A DNA stretch of 64,000 nt from Bdellovibrionota bacterium (GTDB lineage Bacteria; Bdellovibrionota_C; UBA2361; CAKMMH01). The position numbers and the translations under genes are program-made. The stretch covers positions 285,644 through 349,643 of the forward strand of contig JBMNLI010000010.1 of NCBI GenBank assembly GCA_050952645.1. The letters are read 5' to 3'. This document shows positions 53,837-62,098 of this stretch, in pieces (the stretch's first letter is position 1; every line of letters starts with the position of its first letter). The notes below the pieces were generated by a model. That model was not told the DNA's origin and did no database searches. It saw only the letters and a list, made by a program, of their open reading frames with translations.

Positions 53837-55696
53837 GGTTCTTCACGTTTTAGGTGGGTTGGCATAAGTTAAACATTGTTCTAGTTTAATGATAATAACT
53901 AAGAAAAAAAGGGGAAAAAGAAGATTGTTAAGATAATTGGTTTAAAATATTTTTGAAATGAGGTAAAACAGGACATGATATCATAATATTTATGATATTT
54001 ATTATTTATCCTCCAACCTTATTTTGAAAGGAGTAAACCATGTTCTGTGAAGAGTATAGTAAACTTTTTGATTATTTTATTCAAGCTAAAAATTATAAAT
54101 ACATAAATATTATTAAAGAAAAAATAGTGCGACAATAGTTGTTGAGGAACCAAGTGATTTAGCTCAAAGAGTCTGCAAACATTGTGGTAGTCGTGATGTA
54201 ATAATACACGATACAGACGAAATAACATTGAAGGATTTTCCTAGGATTCCTTATATCCGACAATACGTTAAAGTGCTCTATAAGAAATTTAAGTGTAAAT
54301 CTTGTGGTTGTGTGCATTCTAGTCCTATACAGTGTAGGTATTGTAATCTAATGATAACTAAGACGGCAGCGATTGCTATAAAACTTCTATTAAGAATGGA
54401 TATAAGTGTAAGAAAGATACAATCTTTTACAGGAATTCATTGGGACACTATAAGGAAATTACATGAGGAAGAAATATCAGAAACTATAAAAGCACGTCAA
54501 GAAGAGATAAGATTAAGTGGCTATAAGCCACGCTATCTTGCGGTTGATGAGTTTGCAATTCTTAAGGGTCATATTTATGCTACGTGTGTTATGGACATAG
54601 AATTAGGAGATGTTTTGTGGGTTGGTAAAGGCAAGAGTATTAAGGATTTTAGTAAGTTTTTTGAATCAGTTGACAAGGATTATTTAAGTGAGGTTAAGGC
54701 TGTAGCAATTGATATGAATGCCTCTTATAATTATTTAATTAACAAATATCTTCCTAATAGTAAAATAATTTATGATAGATATCATATGCAGTCTCAATTT
54801 GGAAGAGAAGTGATAGGGTCTGTAAGATTATCCGAAGCTAAAAAACATAAAAAAGAAGCGACGAAATTGAATGATTCAGCGAGTAAAATAGAAGATAAAT
54901 CTCAAAAGAAAGAAATTAAAAATAGAGCTAAGGAAGAGCAGCTAAAGTACAGAGAAATAAAAAAAAGCAGATGGACTCTACTAACTAGTAATCATAAATT
55001 ATCAGAAGATAGCAAAGATGCTTTAGCTAATATATTATCGGAACATAAAAATTTATCTACTTGTTATGCGATGAAAGAGGAGATGATAAATCTTTTTAAC
55101 CTAACAGCCGAGAAAGGTTGGTTTGATTGGTTTAAGGCAGCTCTTTCAAGTGATATTGAACAATTAGAAGACTTTGCGAAAAGAAAAGTTAATCGTTTAG
55201 TTGGACTTATTAGTCATGCCATACACAATATCAGCACTGGAAAATTAGAGGGATTTAATAATAAAATAAAAGTTTTAAAAAGAATTGCATATGGATACAG
55301 AAATATTAATTACTTTTTTAATCTCATAAAATTTATTTCAATTGGTGAAAAGATTCCTATTAAACGCACTGCTCTAGCTAGAACTTAGCATTGCCTTTTG
55401 CGTAAAAATTACCAACATTAAACTAGCATATAAATTTCAATTTGTTGCTAAAGTCTCAAGATTGAAGAGCTAAGAACAGTCTTTGTGAAAGTTATCCACA
55501 GCCTGACAGCTTGACCTTTAGCTTTTAATTGCTAGGCCTTGCTATCAGTTATGGATAACTTTCCCTAACAACTCTAATGTTTATTTTTGCAAATAAAATT
55601 AACTATTATTTTAATAAAACAGCAACAGTTTTATAAAATAATTTTGAAAATTCACATTATAAAAAAGACTCTAACCCACCCAAAACGTGAAGAGCC
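53837..55696 (+). mobile_element. ISL3-family insertion sequence
   Basis: IRs GGTTCTTCACGTTTTAGGTGGGTT / AACCCACCCAAAACGTGAAGAGCC; 8-bp TSD AAAAATTT. Confidence 0.93.
54040..55388 (+). pseudogene. ISL3 transposase with a -1 frameshift at the A6 run (54119-54124)
   Basis: CKHCG and CKSCG zinc finger, LAVDEFA, AIDM, YDRYH, LEGFNNKIKVLKRIAYGYRN; the ATG at 54040 (RBS AAGGAG) is out of frame with ORF 54228-55388. Confidence 0.85.
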
Positions 55697-55841
55697 AAAA
55701 ATTTTTAAAATTTTTATAAAAAAACTTAATTAAATAAATATGTTAGGGAAAATATAATATTAGGAAATCTAAATGTAGAATTAGTTTTTCGATGTAGACT
55801 ATATAAAAAATGGGAATTTAGGAAATATAACAACATCTTGC

Positions 55842-56987
55842 TTATTCCATTCCAAATATACGCTCTATTAAATCACATTCTCCATTTATAAAAATAGAAT
55901 CGCAATAATCTGTTAATTTTAAAATTTGCCTTTCTCTTTGATTTTTGAGAACTTTAGAATTATGCCATAAATCAAACAATGACTTGTATGAATAAAAATA
56001 ATCATCAACTTCTAAATCTTTTCCTAAAAATGGACAAGCCTTAATTCTGCCAGATGGCAAAATAACCAAACTACGTATTGCTGCCAAGCAACCTAAGCCA
56101 TTTGAACCTTGTAGCAATACTCCTAAAGAACAATCAACGCTAACACATTCATAAGATAACAAAATTTTGTTTAATTTTTCTTTGTTATTATTCGATGCAA
56201 AATCAACTTTGTTCTTTTTATACCAATCATTATTTCCTTCTGACGGCTTTACCATTAATAGCTTAATGTTATAAGGATTAAGAAGTAATAAATTATTTAT
56301 TATCTCTTCAATATTATTAAAAATATATTTCGTAAGAATTACATTAAATCCATATTTTATGCCATTGTCAGCAAGGCATTGAGTCTTTTGTGGTAAATTT
56401 TTATTACTCATAATATCATCATAACTAGGGTTATTAAGACTTAATTGTATATGCCCAATTCCACTTTGAGAACATTTTATTATTGATTCGTTGTTCAATA
56501 ACGTTCCATTTGAACAAATTGAAGTAAAAATATTGTTATCATAAGCAAACTTTATCACATCATAAATATGTTTATATAAAAAAGGCTCTCCACCTCCAAG
56601 TTGTATTCTACAAACACCAATTTTGGATGCATCGCTTATAATATTCTTGACCATTAAAAAATCAGTGTCGACTAAATCATCTTTTTCCTGATAGCAGCCG
56701 ACACAATTTAAATTACACCTATTTGTTAAACGGATAATAATCGACTCGGGAGCTGATAAAAATTGCTTACTATAATTATTATGAATTATCATCGGAGCAA
56801 ATTTTAACTGCTCTCTACTAATGTGAAAGGTTTTTTCCAAAAACAATAATTGATTTTCTTCTAATTGCTCACAAGAAATAATATAAGTACTAATAATATT
56901 TAATGCATCTTTATTGACTTGCCAAATATCACCAGAACGACAATCCCAAACAATTGCACCAAAGTATTCTTCTCTCACAAATAACAT
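55842..56987 (-). CDS. Radical SAM protein with MftB/RRE-like N-terminus and twitch/partial SPASM domain
   Basis: CNLNCVGC, GGGEP, SNG; GCLAAIRSLVILPSGRIKACPF; N-terminal VREEYFGAIVWD. Confidence 0.9.
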   Translation of the reverse strand: MLFVREEYFGAIVWDCRSGDIWQVNKDALNIISTYIISCEQLEENQLLFLEKTFHISREQLKFAPMIIHNNYSKQFLSAPESIIIRLTNRCNLNCVGCYQEKDDLVDTDFLMVKNIISDASKIGVCRIQLGGGEPFLYKHIYDVIKFAYDNNIFTSICSNGTLLNNESIIKCSQSGIGHIQLSLNNPSYDDIMSNKNLPQKTQCLADNGIKYGFNVILTKYIFNNIEEIINNLLLLNPYNIKLLMVKPSEGNNDWYKKNKVDFASNNNKEKLNKILLSYECVSVDCSLGVLLQGSNGLGCLAAIRSLVILPSGRIKACPFLGKDLEVDDYFYSYKSLFDLWHNSKVLKNQRERQILKLTDYCDSIFINGECDLIERIFGME

Positions 56988-56999
56988 ACAATAATTCCT

Positions 57000-58088
57000 T
57001 TATTTTATTAAAGAAGATATTCTCTCTCTCATATTTTCTGGTAAAATTGGCAAAACTTTCTCTTCTAATACACCCATTAAATAACATGCAATCGGATCAA
57101 AATCATATAAAGATCCTTTTTCTGCCAGTGCATCAGCACGACACCCACCACCACAAATATTAACATACTTACAATTGGGACATTTATTTAAATCTTGTAC
57201 TTTGATTGACAATAGCGACTCTCTTTCTTTAGATAAGAAAATATCCTCAAGGGATTGCTCTAGTATATTTCCACAAGATAGTGCTAACGTTGGACATATA
57301 GCAACATTTCCATCAGAACGAATAGTTACACCATCACTAATATATGAACATACACCACTATTCAAATCAAAACGAAAACATTGTTCATTAAGCATCTGAG
57401 ACTTAAATAAATTTTGAATTTCTAAAACAAACTGTGGCAACTCATCTAAGTATCTTTTTATAATATTGCACAATACTTCAACTACTAAAAAATTAGGGGC
57501 TAACGATTCCCAAAAACTCTCTGCTCTTCCTTGTTTAAATGGAATATCAATAAGCCATTTTTGAATATCGAGATTTTTAAAGTCATCAAACATATTATTA
57601 AAATCTTGATAATTTATTGTAGTTGCAAGCGTATTAATAACAACGGGATAATTATACAACCTGAGTAAACGTAACGAATCGATAATCTTCTTATACGATG
57701 AACCTACTCGGATAGCATCTGCTTTTGAATATCCGTCGAAACTTATTCTAAACTCCAACTTAGGCTCAATCAAAGAAAAGTTTTTACAAAACTCCTCATT
57801 GATATTCATTGCATTTGAGAAAACTGCAATTCTTTCAACATTTTTATTAGCAATATAATTTAACATCTCCTCACAATAAGGATAAATCAAAAATTCACCA
57901 CCTGAAATCGAAAAATCCCTACATCCAAGAGCATACGCTTCATCTATTACACATAACCACTTTTCAAAAGATATTTTGTTTAAAGACACATCATCTACAA
58001 ATCTACTATTGTAACAATATTTACACCTTAAATTACACAGACCACTCGGCTCTATATGAACCGAACTTAAAATTTTATTTTTCTTCAA
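57000..58088 (-). CDS. Radical SAM/SPASM protein
   Basis: CNLRCKYC, SGGE, SFDG; full SPASM pattern C...DGNVAIC...GNI...CPNCKYVNICGGGCRA...DPIAC. Confidence 0.93.
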   Translation of the reverse strand: MKKNKILSSVHIEPSGLCNLRCKYCYNSRFVDDVSLNKISFEKWLCVIDEAYALGCRDFSISGGEFLIYPYCEEMLNYIANKNVERIAVFSNAMNINEEFCKNFSLIEPKLEFRISFDGYSKADAIRVGSSYKKIIDSLRLLRLYNYPVVINTLATTINYQDFNNMFDDFKNLDIQKWLIDIPFKQGRAESFWESLAPNFLVVEVLCNIIKRYLDELPQFVLEIQNLFKSQMLNEQCFRFDLNSGVCSYISDGVTIRSDGNVAICPTLALSCGNILEQSLEDIFLSKERESLLSIKVQDLNKCPNCKYVNICGGGCRADALAEKGSLYDFDPIACYLMGVLEEKVLPILPENMRERISSLIK

Positions 58089-58206
58089 CTTATTTCTTCA
58101 ACAAAAATACTATACATTAAAATAAGACAAAATGCCTATAAAAAACAAATTTCTAAGTATTAACAAATGTTCTTTTTAATAATAGACAATTACTGCTAAG
58201 ATAACA

Positions 58207-58344
58207 TTAAGAATAGCCACAATCTGCCATATGACCTTTAAAAGCTTTAGGCTTGGCAAACTTTTCAACATTTTTTTTGTTTTGATTTGTTAAACGATCT
58301 CTATTTTCTGAATTAGAAACTACTCCGACATCTTTAATTATCAT
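58207..58344 (-). CDS. Putative RiPP precursor peptide (45 aa, not in the ORF track)
   Basis: Own translation MIIKDVGVVSNSENRDRLTNQNKKNVEKFAKPKAFKGHMADCGYS*; co-oriented directly upstream of two rSAM genes; GGAGG RBS at 58376-58380. Confidence 0.7.
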   Translation of the reverse strand: MIIKDVGVVSNSENRDRLTNQNKKNVEKFAKPKAFKGHMADCGYS

Positions 58345-58599
58345 ATTTTTTTTTCATCATAATTATCATACCACCCCTCCAAGCATCTTAAAATTTATTT
58401 ATTCAATTTTTTTAATAAACCAACTATAATATTAACACTCAAACCAAACTACCTACTAATCAACTACGCTTCACATTACATGCATTAAATCACTTCGTTG
58501 AACGGGAAAACACTCAACATAACTCGCGATACCATATGCAACGCCATTAAGACACCTCTACGCTTAAGACATCTCCACAAGAAGATAAACGACGAGATG

Positions 58600-60225
58600 T
58601 TAAAACAACCTAGAGAATAAAGGTTCGATCTCTTTTACAATTATATCAAAACCTTTCTCATTTAAACCACTAAAATCTTGGAGTATTATATCACAATTAT
58701 CAATATTGAGCAACTCTAAAACTTTCGAAGTTGCTTCAGGCATTACTGGCATCAAAAGTATTGAGCAGCACCTTAGTGATTCTAACGTAACGTATAAACA
58801 CTCATTTTCTTCTTTTGTTTTCCCCTGCTTTGCTAAACTCCATGGCTCCATATCTCCAAAATATTTGTTCGCATCTTTTAAAATATGTATAACACTTAAA
58901 ATCGCTTCATCTACTCTTAATTCATTAATTTTCTCTTGCACACCACTAGTTAAATTATAAACTTTAGTTAAAAGTTCTTTACTGCTTTCATTTTTTAAAT
59001 TTACCACAGGAACTTTCCCATCAAAATCTCTTATTGCAAGCTTATGCACACGACTTACTAAATTTCCATAAGTATTAGCAAGCTCATCATTTAACCTTTC
59101 TTTCATTTTTTGAGTGTCAAACGTAATATCATTTCCGAACTTCCCCCCAGTGCAAATAAAATATCTAAAAGAATCCACTCCTATCTTATCTGCTAAGTTT
59201 GTAGGAGATACTACATCACCTTCAGATTTACTCATTTTTTCCGATTGAGAATTTAACCACCAGCCATGAGCAAATATTTGCTTAGGCATACTTAATCCCA
59301 TAGCCATTAACATCGTAGGCCAATAAACTGCATGCGTTATTAAAATATCTTTCCCGATTAAATGATGACACTCACTCCAAAATTTATAAAAATCATTACT
59401 CTCCTTATTCTCATAACCAATCCCCGAAACATAATTTAAAAGAGCATCAAACCAAACGTAAGTTACGAAATCTTTATCAAATGGTAGCTCAATACCCCAA
59501 TTCACTCGGCTCTTAGGTCTACTAATACATAAATCTGAAATAGGCTCTCTTAAAAATCCTAAAACCTCTTGCATTCTTTTAGGGGGGTTAATAAAACCAT
59601 CATGTGTTTTAATATAATCTACTAATCTTTCTTGATATTTTGACATTCTAAAAAAATAATTCTCTTCAGTCACTAAAGCGACCTCTTTTCCAGTTGGGGT
59701 TTTACCATCAACTAAATCTTTTTCAGTATAAAAAATTTCCTCACTTACACAATACCAACCCTCATAATCTTTCTTATAAATATCTCCATTTTTATAAAGC
59801 ATATCTAAAACTATAGTTACTACTCTTTTATGACTAGGGTCTGTTGTTCTCATGAAATGATTAGGATTAACTTTTAACTTATCCCACGAAGTTTGAAACT
59901 CAGAAACTATTTTATTTACATATTCAATAGTAGGCACACCTTGCTTTTCGGCAGCTTGATAAACTTTTTGACCATGCTCATCGGTTCCTGTCATAAAAAA
60001 ACTTTCTCTACCAAAAAACTTTTGATACTTATTTACTACATCTGCAACTATCGTCGTGTAGGCATGCCCTAAATGCGGAACTGAATTTGGATAATAAATT
60101 GGAGTTGTAATGTAAAATGGTTCGTGATTTAAATTCACACTTGAATTTTCTATAGATACAGATACAGGATTTTTATCTTTTTCAAACATTTCAATCTCCA
60201 TATAAAAGAAACAAGCATGATACAA
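58600..60225 (-). CDS. metG: Methionyl-tRNA synthetase (short form)
   Basis: YITTPIYYPN..PHLGHAY, GTDEHGQK, YVWFDAL, KMSKS. The true start is probably slightly downstream. Confidence 0.97.
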   Translation of the reverse strand: MYHACFFYMEIEMFEKDKNPVSVSIENSSVNLNHEPFYITTPIYYPNSVPHLGHAYTTIVADVVNKYQKFFGRESFFMTGTDEHGQKVYQAAEKQGVPTIEYVNKIVSEFQTSWDKLKVNPNHFMRTTDPSHKRVVTIVLDMLYKNGDIYKKDYEGWYCVSEEIFYTEKDLVDGKTPTGKEVALVTEENYFFRMSKYQERLVDYIKTHDGFINPPKRMQEVLGFLREPISDLCISRPKSRVNWGIELPFDKDFVTYVWFDALLNYVSGIGYENKESNDFYKFWSECHHLIGKDILITHAVYWPTMLMAMGLSMPKQIFAHGWWLNSQSEKMSKSEGDVVSPTNLADKIGVDSFRYFICTGGKFGNDITFDTQKMKERLNDELANTYGNLVSRVHKLAIRDFDGKVPVVNLKNESSKELLTKVYNLTSGVQEKINELRVDEAILSVIHILKDANKYFGDMEPWSLAKQGKTKEENECLYVTLESLRCCSILLMPVMPEATSKVLELLNIDNCDIILQDFSGLNEKGFDIIVKEIEPLFSRLF

Positions 60226-60253
60226 TTATATAACAATCATTATTACTATTCAA

Positions 60254-62083
60254 CCTAAATTCCCCAAATTTTATCTTTTCCCCATTTTCAAATAAAACAC
60301 TGTATTTTTTATTGATATTTTAAATAGTTATATATTTTTTTATATTGATATTTCTTTTTTGCATGGTATAATTATACTATACATATTAAGGAGGTTTTTA
60401 TGAAAAAAACAATAAAAATAATCGACTTACCAAGCAAGCAAATTGGACGCAAGAAAAATAAAAATGGGACTACTTATATTTATTACAGGTATAATTTTCT
60501 TCGTGAAAACGGGAAAACTACGTTTGACGAGACAGGTATAGGGAAGTTAGATGAGAGTGGTAAAAAATTAATTCCTAATAGGAATTACTATGATTTTTTT
60601 CCAGATGATTCTGATAAGTATATTGTAAGCAATAAATCTTTTGGTCTTACTTATGTTTTAAATAAGATTGTAAAAGCTTTAAGACTAGACAAGACACTGT
60701 CTTCAATTTTTGGAAATGATGCATACGATATTTTAACTTTAGCATTTTATATTTTAGCAAATGGAAATGTAGTATCGAATGCTCAAAGTTGGATAGATGA
60801 GAGTGTTTTACCATATAAAATTTCTAAATTAACAAGTCAAAAAATAAGCCGTCTATTTGAACGAATTGACGATGAAAAAAGACTTGATTTTTTTAAGAAA
60901 TGGACGAAGCAACATTTAGCTCAAGAATGTTGGTATTATGACGTAACTTCGATATCTTCTTATAGTAAAAAAATAAGCATATTAGAGTTTGGTTATAATA
61001 GGGATATGGATAAATTACCACAAATAAAATATAGGTATGTGCTATGGCTCTACGACGAAGCTTCCTTTATTTTATCAAGTTTATAATGGCAGTATTACAG
61101 ATAAGACGTATTTTAGTTTTCTTTTAAGAGACTTTCCGCTTATTAGTCCTAATAATCGCATTAACCTTGTTACGGATCAAGGTTTTGTGACGCAAGATAA
61201 TTTAGCGCAAGTTGCAAATGAAGAAGGACAAAAGTTTGGACTACTTTGTCCTTTGCCATTACATTGGAATGACGCTAAAAGAATACTTGAAAATCACACT
61301 GCATTTATTAAGCAAGATGCTAATTATATAAAAGATAGCACTACTTTTGGTTGTTCTGTAACAGATATTGTTATGGGTCAACCTGTAAAGATTTATATTT
61401 ATTATAATATGGAAAAGGTGTCATATGAGATAGTTCAATTTTATGAGAAAATTTCTAGAATGGAAGAAGAATTAGAAGAGTTAAAAAAATTAAAATACTC
61501 TTTGCTAGATTATAAAAAATATAATAAATATTTTGATATTAAAATAACTAAAGAGAGTTTCACTTATGAAAGAAAATCAAAAGCTATAGATGAATACTTA
61601 AAAGATTGTGGCTTCTTAATTTTGATTAGTATTGATTGTGATTTAACTCCAAGTGAAGCACTTTGTCGTTATCGTCAAAAAGATATAATCGAAAAAACAA
61701 TTTTACCAATTAAAAAATGAAATTGATTTCAAAAGACTTAAAAACGCATAATCTTCAAACCACAGAAGGAAAACTTTTTGTTGGATTTTTAGCTCTTATT
61801 CTTAGAAGTTATATTCTTAATCTACTCAAAAATGATACAAAGCAAAAGAATTTTAATATACCTGATATCATTAAAGAGCTTCAAAAGATTAAAGTTGTAG
61901 AAACTAAAAGTAGTAGTAAGTTAATGGTTCCGTTAACAAAAAAACAAAAGGATATTTTGAAAATTTTTAATATCAAAGAAGATGATTTTTTAAAAAATAT
62001 TTTTAAGAAAAAGTAGAATTATAATGTTTATATACCACTATTAAAAACGCGTTTGTATGCGTATAATTTTATGGGAATTTAGG
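60254..62083 (+). mobile_element. IS1634-like insertion sequence
   Basis: IRs CCTAAATTCCC / GGGAATTTAGG; 6-bp TSD ATTCAA. Confidence 0.88.
60400..62016 (+). pseudogene. IS1634-like DDE transposase split by two +1 frameshifts
   Basis: YYDVTSISSYS...GYNRD, TDQGF, YRQKDIIEK and GKLFVGFLALIL across three ORFs; an extra A near 61028 and near 61700. Confidence 0.88.
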
Positions 62084-62098
62084 ATTCAACAAAAAAAG

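Larger units (their letters stand above)
53110..55822 (-). mobile_element. Internally deleted IS1634-like element containing a nested ISL3
   Basis: ~30-bp IRs CCTAAATTCCCATTTTTTTATATAGTCTACA / TGTAGACTATATAAAAAATGGGAATTTAGG; 7-bp TSD AAATATA. Confidence 0.85.

Noticed and set aside
55842..58344. Canonical mycofactocin or PQQ operon
   Set aside because: The peptide lacks IDGMCGVY and ExxxY, and no mftDEF or pqqBC genes are adjacent
53110..62083. Composite transposon carrying the rSAM locus and metG between two IS1634-like elements
   Set aside because: Each element has its own distinct TSD (AAATATA vs ATTCAA), indicating independent insertions
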